A DNA stretch of 64,000 bases from Acidocella sp. (GTDB lineage: Bacteria > Pseudomonadota > Alphaproteobacteria > Acetobacterales > Acetobacteraceae): assembly GCA_031291755.1 (NCBI GenBank), contig JARLIK010000011.1, forward strand, positions 36,066-100,065, written 5' to 3'. Position 1 is the first letter of the stretch. The number at the start of each line of letters is the position of its first letter. Under the pieces are notes generated by a model, which ran no database searches, was not told where the DNA came from, and saw only the letters and a list, made by a program, of their open reading frames with translations. This document shows positions 30,626 to 40,833 of the stretch, in pieces. The position numbers and the translations under genes are program-made.

Positions 30626-31408
30626 TTAGGCCGCCTTGCCGGTGAATTTGGCAGGGCGCTTTTCGATGAAGGCTTTCACACCTTCGGCGAAATCTGGCGT
30701 GTAGCCCATTTTGCGCTGGGAATCCCGCTCGAGGTCGAGTTGGGCGTCCAGCGTATTGTTCGCCGACGCGTTGAAAGCCTGCTTCATGGCGGCCAGAGCC
30801 TGCGGTGGCTTGGCCGCCAGAGAAATTGCCAAGGCCAAAGCCTCCTCAGCGAAGGTGGCGTCGTCAAACAGTTTATAGACCAGCCCGAAAGCCTCGGCCT
30901 GTTCAGCGGTGATGGTTTCGCCCAGCATTGCCATGGCGCGGGCGCGGGAATCGCCGATCAACCGGGGCAGAAAGTATGTGCCCCCTGCGTCGGGGATCAG
31001 GCCGATCCGGATGAAGCCCTGAGCGAACGTGGCGGATTTGGCGGCGATGATAATGTCTCCAGCGAGCGCTAAATTCATACCGGCACCGGTGGCGATGCCA
31101 TTTACGGCGCACACAACTGGCTTGGGGCAGGCCCGCATCCGGCGCACCAGCGGATTGTAATCCGCATCAATACTGGCGCCGAGGTCACGAATCCCACCTG
31201 CCAGCCCTTGCATCAAATCCGCCCCGGCGCAGAAGCCACGCCCGGAGCCGGTGAGGAGGACCGCCCGGATTTCGTCATCATTTTCAATTTTATCAAAGGC
31301 TTCGCGCAAGCCGGCATGAATATCCGCGTTCAGAGCATTCAGCCGGTCCGGCCGGTTGAGGGTGACCACGCAGACGGCATTTTTGATCTCGATAAGAACG
31401 GCGCTCAT
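30626..31408 (-). CDS. paaG: Enoyl-CoA hydratase/isomerase, PaaG-like
   Basis: TLNRPDRLNA, GRGFCAGADL, YNPLVRR, IGLIPDAGGT (Asp of the PaaG subtype). Confidence 0.75.
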   Translation of the reverse strand: MSAVLIEIKNAVCVVTLNRPDRLNALNADIHAGLREAFDKIENDDEIRAVLLTGSGRGFCAGADLMQGLAGGIRDLGASIDADYNPLVRRMRACPKPVVCAVNGIATGAGMNLALAGDIIIAAKSATFAQGFIRIGLIPDAGGTYFLPRLIGDSRARAMAMLGETITAEQAEAFGLVYKLFDDATFAEEALALAISLAAKPPQALAAMKQAFNASANNTLDAQLDLERDSQRKMGYTPDFAEGVKAFIEKRPAKFTGKAA

Positions 31409-31546
31409 GTCCCTGGTTCCTTTGACGTTTACGTTAACCTGCCAGAGCCGGGCGGCCTTAGCAAGGCAGGATTGGCCCAAATCACCTTGCGGAATGACTG
31501 ATTTGGCTCTACCCGGAGCCTCCTTATTTCATTTGGAGTTTTAGCC

Positions 31547-32578
31547 ATGTCGTTCAGGGTTGCGGTTGTCGGTGCCACCGGTGCAGTGGGGCGCGAGATC
31601 CTGAAAACTCTCTATGAGCGTAACTTCCCGATTTCGGACATCGCCGCGTTGGCGTCTGGCCGCTCGGCTGGCAGCCAGGTCTCGTTTGGCGAGGACCGGG
31701 TGCTGACTGTGAAGAACCTCGAAAAATTTGACTTCACCGGCTGGGATATTGCCTTGTTCTCCCCGGGCGCGTCGGTCTCCGCCATCCATGCCCCGCGCGC
31801 GGCGGCGGCTGGTTGCGTGGTGATCGACAATACCTCGCAGTTTCGCATGGACCCGGACGTTCCACTGGTGGTGCCGGAAGTGAACCCCGAGGCGCTGAAG
31901 GGTTTTGCCAAGCGCAACATCATTGCTAATCCGAACTGCTCGACCATTCAGATGGTGGTGGCATTGAAGCCCTTGCATGACAAATTCAAGGTCAAGCGTG
32001 TGGTGGTCTCCACCTATCAGTCGGTTTCCGGCGCCGGCAAGGAAGGCATGGATGAGCTGCTGGCCAATACCAAAGTGCATTACGTGCATGATAAAAACCC
32101 GCCGCAGATTTTCCAGAAGGATATCGCCTTCAACGTGATCCCGCAGATCGACGTGTTCATGGAAGATGGCGCGACCAAGGAAGAATGGAAAATGACGGTT
32201 GAGACTCAGAAGATTCTCGACCCAAAAATCGCGGTCATTGCTACCTGTGTGCGCGTGCCGGTGTTTATCGGCCATGCCGAGGCGGTGCATGTGGAGTTTG
32301 AGAACCCGATTACGGTGAACGAAGCCCGTGCGGCGCTACGCCACGCGCCTGGTGTTATCGTGCATGACACACGTGAAGACGGCGGCTACATCACCCCAGC
32401 TGAGTCGCAGGGTGAAGATGCGGTTTATGTGTCGCGTATCCGCATCGACCACACCGTGCCGCATGGTCTCGCTTTCTGGTGTGTTTCAGACAATTTGCGC
32501 AAAGGTGCGGCACTCAATGCGGTGCAGATTGCGGAAGTTCTGGTCGCACAAAATCTGCTGGCTAAACAGGCGGCTTAA
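31547..32578 (+). CDS. asd: Aspartate-semialdehyde dehydrogenase
   Basis: VVGATGAVG, ANPNCST, STYQSVSGAG, DNLRKGAALNAVQIAE. Confidence 0.97.
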   Translation: MSFRVAVVGATGAVGREILKTLYERNFPISDIAALASGRSAGSQVSFGEDRVLTVKNLEKFDFTGWDIALFSPGASVSAIHAPRAAAAGCVVIDNTSQFRMDPDVPLVVPEVNPEALKGFAKRNIIANPNCSTIQMVVALKPLHDKFKVKRVVVSTYQSVSGAGKEGMDELLANTKVHYVHDKNPPQIFQKDIAFNVIPQIDVFMEDGATKEEWKMTVETQKILDPKIAVIATCVRVPVFIGHAEAVHVEFENPITVNEARAALRHAPGVIVHDTREDGGYITPAESQGEDAVYVSRIRIDHTVPHGLAFWCVSDNLRKGAALNAVQIAEVLVAQNLLAKQAA

Positions 32579-33039
32579 GCCTCGGCGATCAACCGGCCAT
32601 TTTCCTGAATCCCAAGGGACTGCAGGGATTTCAGCGCGTTGTTGATGCCGCGATTAAACTGTGCGGCGCGGCGGTTGGCATCCACCGAGCGTTTGGCGAA
32701 GCGCGACAGCGCGTGACGCAGCGCGTCGATTAGGCTGGCGGCATCATCCTGTTCGGCCATCCGCAATTGGTCAGCCGCTGCTTGCAGCGTACCGGCGCCC
32801 AGCGCCTCCATGGTTCGGGTGATATCCGCGAATGCCGGTGAGGCACCTTTCAAGGCGGCTTCAATCGCCATTGCCGCGTCGGCAATCTCATGCGGTTTAC
32901 CGGTCAGCATCAGATCATTCAAATGTTGCAGCTTTTGGCTGATATCTTCGACCAACCCCAAGCCTCGGCCAAGAATTTTCGTGACGTTCTGGTTATCCTG
33001 GATTGATAGTACCCGTATCCACTGTGCATCCTCATTCAT
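32575..33039 (-). CDS. flgN: Flagellar export chaperone FlgN-like
   Basis: Helical 154-aa ORF coupled directly downstream of flgM; called mainly by position. Confidence 0.55.
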   Translation of the reverse strand: MNEDAQWIRVLSIQDNQNVTKILGRGLGLVEDISQKLQHLNDLMLTGKPHEIADAAMAIEAALKGASPAFADITRTMEALGAGTLQAAADQLRMAEQDDAASLIDALRHALSRFAKRSVDANRRAAQFNRGINNALKSLQSLGIQENGRLIAEA

Positions 33040-33341
33040 GACGTACGGTCCTTCAGCGCGGCGGCAATGGCATTGGCTAATGCTTCCGGCGTGACACTGT
33101 AGGTGCCGGTTTGAATTCCGGTGCGAATTTGCGCCACGGCTGAACTATTGATGCCATCCGATGCGCGGGCGGCATCAAGCAATTGGGTGGTCACCTGGGA
33201 ATTGGCACTCACGGTGACAGCCTCGCTGGTTGCGACGGCTGCGCCGCCTTGTGCCTGGTTGGTAACCGGCCGGGTATTGCTAGCTATCGGCGCTTCGGCG
33301 ACGGTTTGGCCGGGCATGCCGGAGCTGATGATATTTGTCAT
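33036..33341 (-). CDS. flgM: Anti-sigma-28 factor FlgM
   Basis: C-terminal INSSAVAQIRTGIQTGTYSVTPEALANAI matches the FlgM motif. Confidence 0.85.
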   Translation of the reverse strand: MTNIISSGMPGQTVAEAPIASNTRPVTNQAQGGAAVATSEAVTVSANSQVTTQLLDAARASDGINSSAVAQIRTGIQTGTYSVTPEALANAIAAALKDRTS

Positions 33342-33718
33342 GCGGCCCGTTCGCTCTCAATGCCCTGCATCATGTGCCGGTCCAGCGTTACCAGTGCGTC
33401 GTCATATTCATCCAGCGCGGTCAGGTCGTCATTGATGTTGGCGCGCAACAAGGCCGTACGCAGAGCGCCATAAATATTCATTAAAGCCGGGCCAAGTGTG
33501 CTGCCCGTGTCAGTATCCAGAATGCCGCTGAGCAGGGTTAATAATTCATCGGCCCGGCGGATCATTTCAGCTTTTTCCAGCATGTTACCATCGATAATGG
33601 CAATTTTGGCTTTGCGCCCATACAGCCGCAGGCCGCGCCAGCCAGGGCGGAGCCAATTCACGCCGGGTAATCCATCGAACATGCTGGCACGGTAGCCGAC
33701 TAACATTTGCATGATCAT
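33338..33718 (-). CDS. fliS: Flagellin chaperone FliS
   Basis: AKIAI...EKAEMIRRADELLTLLSGILD...LMNIY...LLRAN; downstream of fliD. Confidence 0.8.
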   Translation of the reverse strand: MIMQMLVGYRASMFDGLPGVNWLRPGWRGLRLYGRKAKIAIIDGNMLEKAEMIRRADELLTLLSGILDTDTGSTLGPALMNIYGALRTALLRANINDDLTALDEYDDALVTLDRHMMQGIESERAA

Positions 33719-33724
33719 GATACG

Positions 33725-35107
33725 CTATCCTTTGCTCGTAGTGCTGGCACTGCTGAAGATGCTCAAATAGGCTTGCGTGGTCGCGGCTGTGGTCGCAGCG
33801 GCTTCAGCAACAGAGTATTGCTGAATGAGAATTTGTAACTCATCATTATTGCTTTTGGCAATCTGACTGGCTTCACTGGTGAGTGAGGTCACCTGATTTT
33901 GTAGTGATGTTGTTTGGGCATTGATGCTGCCTTTATTGGTGCCGCTGGACCCGCTGCCGATGGCGCCGGTGGTCACTGTGCTGAGGGTTTTATAAATTTG
34001 CGAAACCAGCGAGGCTACCGCAGTAGGGTTGGCGGCATAAGCGGTGGCGAAGGTTCCGCTGTTGAACGAAACGGCGCCGGTGCTGCTGACTGTGAGCCCA
34101 ACGCTGTTTGACGTCACGCCGTTGGCTGCCGCGCCGGTGACCGCCGTGAGAAGCTGGTTTGAGAGGTCGGAAGCTGCAAAATTGCCGAGCAACGGACCGG
34201 CTTTTGCCGAAGATGCCGACGCGGCATTGGCCGAGGAGGCCGCCACGTAAGCCGTCTGCTTGGCGATAGCGGCAATGGCGGCATTCAAGCTGGTGGCAAC
34301 CGAGTCCAGTGCTCCGGCGAGAGCGCCTGGCGATGAGCCAACCGTAACCTTGGTGCTGCCTGACGCCGCCAGATTTAGGGTGACACCCGAGATCGAGGTT
34401 GTGAGGGTATTGGTGGCGTTAGAAACTGGCACACCATTGATCTTCAACGTGGCACTGCTGGCAGTCTGGGCCAGCGTGAAATTGCTGCTGGTTCCTGAAC
34501 TCGTCGGGGCATAGCTGAATTTTGCCAAACCGCCGGTCCCCGCCACAGTGAAGGACTGGCTGCCGCCGGTGGCACTGCTTTGCAACACCAGCCGCGAGCC
34601 GCCGGTGCCGCCGATGATGCTGGCCTTGACGCCGCCGCCCAATTTATTGATCGCCTGCGCAATGCCATTGAGTGTGGCGCTGCTGGCGGCCACCGGTACT
34701 TGCTCGGTCTTGCCGGATTTCAGCGTAATGGTAAGCGAGCCACCGGAACTTAGTGGCGCCGAGGCAGAGGTCTGTGCAGCGGAATAAATTTCCTGCTGTT
34801 TGGCCAGCGTAATGTTGGTAAGGTTATATTGCCCGGTCTGCGATGTGTCGGTGGCTGTAGCTGTTGCAATTGTAGTAGCTGAACTGGTGGCTGAGCGGTT
34901 GGTGATGCTCGACACATCCTTGATACCCGCCAGCGCACTGGAAAGAGATGATACGGTTCCCTGAATGGCGCTCCAGGCTGAAATGCTGGTTTTCTCGGTC
35001 GTCACCTGAGCTTGCAATTGCGTAATAGGTTTTTGCAGCCGCGCCTCCACGGTCGCCAATTGCGAATTGATTTGGCTGGAACCTAGGGAAGAAACTGTGC
35101 CACTCAT
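33725..35107 (-). CDS. fliD: Flagellar filament cap FliD
   Basis: LQAQ...ISAWSAIQGTVS N-terminus, ATLNGIAQAIN, RLVLQS, GVTLNL; downstream of fliC. Confidence 0.88.
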   Translation of the reverse strand: MSGTVSSLGSSQINSQLATVEARLQKPITQLQAQVTTEKTSISAWSAIQGTVSSLSSALAGIKDVSSITNRSATSSATTIATATATDTSQTGQYNLTNITLAKQQEIYSAAQTSASAPLSSGGSLTITLKSGKTEQVPVAASSATLNGIAQAINKLGGGVKASIIGGTGGSRLVLQSSATGGSQSFTVAGTGGLAKFSYAPTSSGTSSNFTLAQTASSATLKINGVPVSNATNTLTTSISGVTLNLAASGSTKVTVGSSPGALAGALDSVATSLNAAIAAIAKQTAYVAASSANAASASSAKAGPLLGNFAASDLSNQLLTAVTGAAANGVTSNSVGLTVSSTGAVSFNSGTFATAYAANPTAVASLVSQIYKTLSTVTTGAIGSGSSGTNKGSINAQTTSLQNQVTSLTSEASQIAKSNNDELQILIQQYSVAEAAATTAATTQAYLSIFSSASTTSKG

Positions 35108-35129
35108 GATAAGACCCGTTCAAATACCG

Positions 35130-35162
35130 AAAAGGGAGCCGGCCAGGGCGGACCCTGGCCGG
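35130..35162 (-). terminator. Intrinsic terminator after fliC
   Basis: CCGGCCAGGG-TCCG-CCCTGGCCGG then CTCCCTTTT on the minus strand. Confidence 0.75.
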
Positions 35163-35175
35163 TGATAAGCACGAA

Positions 35176-36633
35176 TTATGGCAGCAGTGAGAGAAAAGAC
35201 TGCTGCAAGGTGGTGGAGCTTTTCAACGCCGCCACACCCGCCTGCGCCTGAATCTGCGCCTGGGTGAGCTGGTTGCTCACCTGCGGAATGTTGGCGTCCT
35301 GCACTACACCCAGCGCATTGGTGATGTTCTGGCTGGTGGTGTTGAGGTTGTTAATGTTTGCTTGCAACCGCTGCTGCACCGCGCCCAATTCGCCGCCCTG
35401 GTTGTTCAGACCCTGGAGTGCGAATTTCACAACGTTGATGGCAGTATTGGCGCCGGCTACGGTGCTGACATTGATCGCCGACAGTGAGGTGAGCGTGGAG
35501 GCACTGTTGAGGCCAGTATTGGCAGTACCCCCAACGCTGAAGGCAGCACTGGATTGCAATTGCACCTGACCCTGCACCACGCCGGAAGTGTGGGTGCTGC
35601 TGAGAACCTGCGGTGTGGTGCCGCCGGTGGCCAACGAGCCTGAGGAGACGCCGGAAATGCCGATATTATTGCCTTGGGACTGGGTGAGCGTCACTTTCGT
35701 ACCGGCGGCGTTCAGCGTGGCGGTAATGCCGCTGGTGGCGGTATTGCCGTTGATCTGCGAGGCGAGGGCCGCAGCACTCTGGGCATTGATGGTCTGGGAG
35801 TTGCCGCTGCCCTGTAAGGCAAACTGATAGCCGCCATTGGTGCCCGCCGTCAGTGACAGGGTAATTGAGGTGGTGGCCTGCGCCGCAACGCCCGTGCTGC
35901 CGGTAGAAAGATTAACCGCGGCAGCTATGGATTTCGCTGATTCCGCTGCCGTGACGGTGGCGCTGCCGGTGTTGCCGCTGTTGCTGGTCACTTTCAATGC
36001 ACCGGCAGTAAATGCCGCCGCCGTGGCACCCACGGTCAGTGCACCGCTGGCCGACGAGACATTGTTAGTGGAATTAAATACGCCGGTGGTGCCGAACTTG
36101 GCCGTCGAAGCATTCAAGCCGATCGCCCCGGCACCCGTATTCCCAATCGATAAATTGATGGTCTGGCCTTCATTGGCGCCAACCTGGAACTGCACGCCGC
36201 TGAACGAACCATCGAGCAAATTGATGTTGTTGAACTGCGTTTGGGTGGCGATGGTGGAAACCTGGCCGGTAAGCTGGCTGACCACGTTTTGTAGAGATTG
36301 CGCTTCCTGCGGGGTTTGCGTGCCGTTGGCCGCCTGCACCGCGATGGAGTTGAGCTGCTGCACCACGCCGATCTGCTGCTGCAACGCTCCTTGGGCAGTT
36401 TGCAGCAGGCTGACACCCTGGTTGGCGTTGGATACCGCTTGGGTGAGGCCGTTCAACTGTGAGGTAAAGCCCTGCGCAGTAATATAGCCAGCCGGATTAT
36501 CCGCTGGTGAATTGATCGACAGACCGCTGGACAATTGTGACTCCAGCGAACTGTTGGTCTGCGACGTGTTGCTGATGGATTGCAGCGCTTCAAGGGCGCC
36601 TTGGTTGGTAAGAATTGAGCCGACGGCTGACAT
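35176..36633 (-). CDS. fliC: Flagellin
   Basis: QLSSGLSINSPADNPAG, TQFNNINLLDGS, FQVGANEG, LGAVQQRL D0/D1 motifs. Confidence 0.95.
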   Translation of the reverse strand: MSAVGSILTNQGALEALQSISNTSQTNSSLESQLSSGLSINSPADNPAGYITAQGFTSQLNGLTQAVSNANQGVSLLQTAQGALQQQIGVVQQLNSIAVQAANGTQTPQEAQSLQNVVSQLTGQVSTIATQTQFNNINLLDGSFSGVQFQVGANEGQTINLSIGNTGAGAIGLNASTAKFGTTGVFNSTNNVSSASGALTVGATAAAFTAGALKVTSNSGNTGSATVTAAESAKSIAAAVNLSTGSTGVAAQATTSITLSLTAGTNGGYQFALQGSGNSQTINAQSAAALASQINGNTATSGITATLNAAGTKVTLTQSQGNNIGISGVSSGSLATGGTTPQVLSSTHTSGVVQGQVQLQSSAAFSVGGTANTGLNSASTLTSLSAINVSTVAGANTAINVVKFALQGLNNQGGELGAVQQRLQANINNLNTTSQNITNALGVVQDANIPQVSNQLTQAQIQAQAGVAALKSSTTLQQSFLSLLP

Positions 36634-36668
36634 ATGAAAACTCCTTGGTTGAGGTTGCCGTACCCATT

Positions 36669-36696
36669 CATTCGAATGTCAGGCCCAAAGTTTTCC
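36669..36696 (-). promoter_or_regulatory. Candidate sigma-28-like promoter of fliC
   Basis: GGAAAACTTT-GGGCCTGACAT-TCGAATG; resembles the flgL upstream motif and loosely TAAAGTTT-N11-GCCGATAA. Confidence 0.4.
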
Positions 36697-36725
36697 TGTT
36701 CCGCGCGAATTTTTTTCGAGGCAGC

Positions 36726-37397
36726 TCAAAAAGCCAGATTAACAACGGGCCCATTGGCGGTGACCAAAGCAGGAAAATGTTTCCCGGTGCTAGGATTGGT
36801 GAGCAAAATCGTATCCCCAACTCGCCCAACTTGAGTGGCGATGGCGGTCAGTGATACCTGCACATTACCGCTGATGATATTCACGGCAACGCTTTGTCCG
36901 GCGTGAACGATCACCGGTTGTGAAACATTGGCGGTGGTTAAAATCATACCGGCAGGCAGATTCATCATGGCGGTTGCGCCCGCCAGATGATCGGCATCGT
37001 AAAAAACCTGCCGTCCAGCGTATGAGGCTACAGGTTCGGGCTGCATTTGAATATCCGCCGGCTGCAGGCTTTGCCCCGCCGCTACCGTGCGGACGGTCAC
37101 CGCGATGGTAGCATGTTGATTAACCGTTACTGTAACATACAGGGTCCAGGCCGGCGACGCGCAATGCACGGCGGCTTGTTCAAAAGGGGCGAGCCCGGTG
37201 ATGGTAACCGCCAAGGCGTCTGCGCAGGATTGCATGAATTTTGCGCCCGTGATGGGACCAAGGGTGACGCTGCTATCATCGACATGAACCAATGCCTGCA
37301 AGATTGCGGTGTCCACCGCTTGCGGGTCTTGCGGTGCCGCCCGCGCCATTGCCGGTATTGCCAGCAGCACAGCCAGCGGGGCTCGGAGCAACTTCAT
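36726..37397 (-). CDS. flgA: P-ring formation chaperone FlgA
   Basis: Signal peptide (AMARA), WTLYV, SAF domain, GRVGDTILLTNPSTGK. Confidence 0.88.
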   Translation of the reverse strand: MKLLRAPLAVLLAIPAMARAAPQDPQAVDTAILQALVHVDDSSVTLGPITGAKFMQSCADALAVTITGLAPFEQAAVHCASPAWTLYVTVTVNQHATIAVTVRTVAAGQSLQPADIQMQPEPVASYAGRQVFYDADHLAGATAMMNLPAGMILTTANVSQPVIVHAGQSVAVNIISGNVQVSLTAIATQVGRVGDTILLTNPSTGKHFPALVTANGPVVNLAF

Positions 37398-40300
37398 TCT
37401 GCCGCGCGGATAACCGCTTGTGCCACAGATGCTGTCAGCCACGCCGGCGGTTCAGCCTCGATGGTGGGAAGTGCTAGTGCTGCCTGCCGGGCCCGCGCAC
37501 CCTGTTCCAAAGTTTCGTGCAGTTGGCTAGCGGCGTTCTGGATCGCCCGTTGCCACGCCGCAATCCGGTTCGGCAAGCGGATGGCATTGAGGCTATCGGG
37601 CATGTCAAATCGTTCATCAATCAGCAGAAGACATCCTGCGGCGGCCGCCATGATGGAATGGTAGTGGTCGGCATCGGCATCGCTATCGGTTGGCCGCACG
37701 AAGATATGCGGGGCTAGACTGCCAAGCTCCCTCGCCCAGCTATGCTCATCCGGCGGCGTTGCCAAAGTGGTCACGGCACCGGCGTAGATTTGTGCGGCGC
37801 TTTCAACAACAATCCATGACAGCGTGCTCTGGGTTTGGCTGATTAATTCCGGCCACCAGGAGGGCGCAAATCCTTCATCAATCCACAAGACGCGCGGCAA
37901 GGTATTAAGCCCGTTGACGCTCGGCAGCGTCTCCCATACCGGCTTGGACAAGGCCGGGCGCCAGAGGCCAACGGTGCGGCCAGGTGCGGTTAATTTGCGA
38001 AGCTTCGCTACTAGATTGGGCGAGGTGGCATACAAGGCTTGAGCGGCGGTGATGGCCGGCTTAGCGGCAGCCGCCGGTGCAGTGGTGAATACCGCGCTGT
38101 AAGGCACGCTATGCGCCGGCGCTTCGGCTTGCGGATTGATCCGTACCCAGGGCGAGGGCGCGCGGCGGCCAATTTCACCGGCCAGCAGATGGTCGCCCAC
38201 CCAGTTGGCTTCAATCGCGCCGCTGGCACGCATCGCCCGGGCAGCGTTAAGCAATGCCATGCCGGAATCCGCAGGGCCGCTCAGCAGCAGGGATTTTTGA
38301 TCCGCCGGCGCGGCACGCACCAGCCCCAACCGTTGCTCGCTTGCCAGCAGGTCGCCGCGCAGCGAGAGGGCCGGGTGATGATACGAATCCTCCCAGGGTA
38401 GATCCCTGGCGGCGGGTGAGCCGTCACGGAAATTGCCTTCGTAATCCAGCCGGATGCTGTTGCCCTGCAGGATGAAAGAAATATCCGGGGTCCAGATAAT
38501 TCGTTGACCAGTGTTGCGGATTTGTGTGCAGAGATCGATCCAGAGCGCATCGCCGGTTAAATTATTGTACTGGCAGGCGGCCAGTGAAGCCCGGCGTGCC
38601 ATCATGGAAGGTGGCGATACCGCGCTGGCTTCCTGGTCCACCGCCAGCCAGCCGCCGGGGCCTGGGTCATCCGCCAGATGGCCAGCACCTAGCCTGGTGT
38701 CAGCACCCAGAATGATCGGCCCCTGCACACTAAATCGCCCGGTATCCTTGTTCAGTGGCACCAGCGTCCTGGCGCCCACCATGGCGGCACCGGGATCGGC
38801 AAGCCGGGCGCGTAAGCCGGCCTGCCAGTCCGGCATGACGGCGCTGGCGCGGGCTTCGATGATCGCCACGAGTTCGGTGCTGCAAAGCCCCATAGCTTTT
38901 CGTAAAGCCTCGGCACCACTTAGCCCCGGCACGGGTGGAACCGCCAGGACTTTGCCTTCAAGGGCTGCGGTTCTCGCCGCCACCTCGGCGAGATACTGCA
39001 CGGTCTGCGGCGGCATCACCGTGCCTGTCAGAATCACCGGGCCGGTTAGCACGCCGCTGGAAAGCAACTCGGTCAGCCAGCGGTCGAGCATCGCCACATC
39101 GGCATCGTCACAGAGCATGATGATCGAGGTTCCGGGGTCCGGCGTCTCGCGTGTGTGTTGAAACAGGCCAAAATGTCGGCGCGGTTGCACCAGGGCCGGT
39201 ATGCTCATGCGCTGTAAATGTTGCGAAATAGCATCAATAGCGCGGGCGCCAAAGATGGTTGAGGGGATATTGTCACGGCGGCTATGGGTGGCACGGGTAA
39301 ATAATGTCTCGGGCAAGCGGACAACATGGGCAGCCATCTCGGCCAACCTTAGTTGCACGTCATATTCTTCAACCCCGGCGAATGCCGGGTTGAAACCGCC
39401 GATTTTATTCAGCGTTCCGGTGCGATACCAGACCCAATCGCCAATATACGCGGCCTGCCGCAAGCGGGTGATATCCCAGCCGGGCTTGTAGCGCACCCAG
39501 GCACTGTTATCACGCGGCACCACCTCGTCGCAGTAGATCATATCGGCCTGACTGGCCGCGGCTTCCAGCGCAAAGCGCAGGCAGGCATCTGGTGCCAGCG
39601 TATCCCCGGCGTTGATCAGCGCCGCGTAATCCGTTGTCGCATTATTGAGTTCCGCGCATAGAAGTTCAGTAATCGCCCCGGCGGCGCTGGCGGCGCGGAT
39701 GGTGGTTTCCCCCGCGATTTCAGCGGGGTCAACCGAGACGATTTTGATCGCATCGGGCAGATGCCATTGCGCCCGCAATGATTCGAGCGTTTCGGCAATC
39801 GCATGCGCACGGTTCGGCGGGGCAGCGACCAGCACGGTAACGCGCGGCAGCGCTGGTGCGGCATCGCGCAACGCCAGTAGACGGCGCCTTGCCCCTTCAT
39901 CCAACCGTTCGGGTGGACGCAGTTGAACATTGTTCTTTGGTACTGTGTTCTGCAGGGCAAAATGGTTGCCCAAACCGGGCAGGGCGCGTGCGCCGCTCTC
40001 ACTGATTTCAGTAACGAACCCAATGATTTCGGCGCGGGCAGCATCAAAGCTTTCCCATGTGGCAGTTGAGTCATCGCGTGACTGTACGGCTTCCCATACG
40101 CTGGCAGCCAAGTGCCTTAACGGTGCAAACAAATTTTTATCAGGTGCCGGTTGCGCACGATTCAGCTTGCCGGTGAGCGATGCGCTCGCCTCTCGCACGC
40201 CTGCCGGCAGACGCCCGCACAAGCTCAAGCCAAGGTCTTGTTCAATCTTGCGAAATTGCGCGGCTGGATCGCTGAGAAGATCGTGATACGTCAGCCAGCA

Positions 40301-40819
40301 GCGCGGTAGATGCCGCGCGTGGCGTTCGGCAGAAATCAGATAGTCAATCCACAATAGTACCGCATGGGCACGGGATAAATTATTTTTACGGTTCTGGCTG
40401 GAAGCCACGGTCCAAGGGTCTCGGGTGATGTGGATGGCATGCAGCCGGTGCCCGGCCTGCACAGCGGCGCGTTCGTAGATTGGAAATAGCCTGCATAAAT
40501 GCGGATGTTTTAGCGCCCATAAAGGTTCGGCGGCAAACCGGCGGCGCAGTATTTCATCCAGCTTTGCCAACTGCCCCGCCATATCGGCACGGTCCCACCA
40601 GCGCTCCGGCAAGCCACGGATATCGGTCCAATCCGCGCCGAGCTGATTGAACAAGGCTACATCAAATTCGATGAGTTCAGGAATTTCATAGAAGCCGCGT
40701 GGATTATGCTCATTGGGTTCAGCGTCATTATGCAAAGTGATCCCCAACCGCTGCAAGGCGCCTGCAAGCGCCGAAGTGCCGCTGCGATAATAGCCGGCGA
40801 TGAAAATAGCATCCGACAT
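37394..40819 (-). CDS. Sulfotransferase + GT2-like multidomain flagellin-modification protein (Fgt-like)
   Basis: N-terminal IAGYYRSGTS and LKHPHLC...RDP..VASS sulfotransferase motifs; central DMIYCDE..YKPGWD..YIG..GGF..EYDVQLRL GT2 region; C-terminus resembles the Fgt GT-B tail. Confidence 0.75.
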   Translation of the reverse strand: MSDAIFIAGYYRSGTSALAGALQRLGITLHNDAEPNEHNPRGFYEIPELIEFDVALFNQLGADWTDIRGLPERWWDRADMAGQLAKLDEILRRRFAAEPLWALKHPHLCRLFPIYERAAVQAGHRLHAIHITRDPWTVASSQNRKNNLSRAHAVLLWIDYLISAERHARHLPRCWLTYHDLLSDPAAQFRKIEQDLGLSLCGRLPAGVREASASLTGKLNRAQPAPDKNLFAPLRHLAASVWEAVQSRDDSTATWESFDAARAEIIGFVTEISESGARALPGLGNHFALQNTVPKNNVQLRPPERLDEGARRRLLALRDAAPALPRVTVLVAAPPNRAHAIAETLESLRAQWHLPDAIKIVSVDPAEIAGETTIRAASAAGAITELLCAELNNATTDYAALINAGDTLAPDACLRFALEAAASQADMIYCDEVVPRDNSAWVRYKPGWDITRLRQAAYIGDWVWYRTGTLNKIGGFNPAFAGVEEYDVQLRLAEMAAHVVRLPETLFTRATHSRRDNIPSTIFGARAIDAISQHLQRMSIPALVQPRRHFGLFQHTRETPDPGTSIIMLCDDADVAMLDRWLTELLSSGVLTGPVILTGTVMPPQTVQYLAEVAARTAALEGKVLAVPPVPGLSGAEALRKAMGLCSTELVAIIEARASAVMPDWQAGLRARLADPGAAMVGARTLVPLNKDTGRFSVQGPIILGADTRLGAGHLADDPGPGGWLAVDQEASAVSPPSMMARRASLAACQYNNLTGDALWIDLCTQIRNTGQRIIWTPDISFILQGNSIRLDYEGNFRDGSPAARDLPWEDSYHHPALSLRGDLLASEQRLGLVRAAPADQKSLLLSGPADSGMALLNAARAMRASGAIEANWVGDHLLAGEIGRRAPSPWVRINPQAEAPAHSVPYSAVFTTAPAAAAKPAITAAQALYATSPNLVAKLRKLTAPGRTVGLWRPALSKPVWETLPSVNGLNTLPRVLWIDEGFAPSWWPELISQTQSTLSWIVVESAAQIYAGAVTTLATPPDEHSWARELGSLAPHIFVRPTDSDADADHYHSIMAAAAGCLLLIDERFDMPDSLNAIRLPNRIAAWQRAIQNAASQLHETLEQGARARQAALALPTIEAEPPAWLTASVAQAVIRAAE

Positions 40820-40833
40820 AAATTCTCGTTCAG

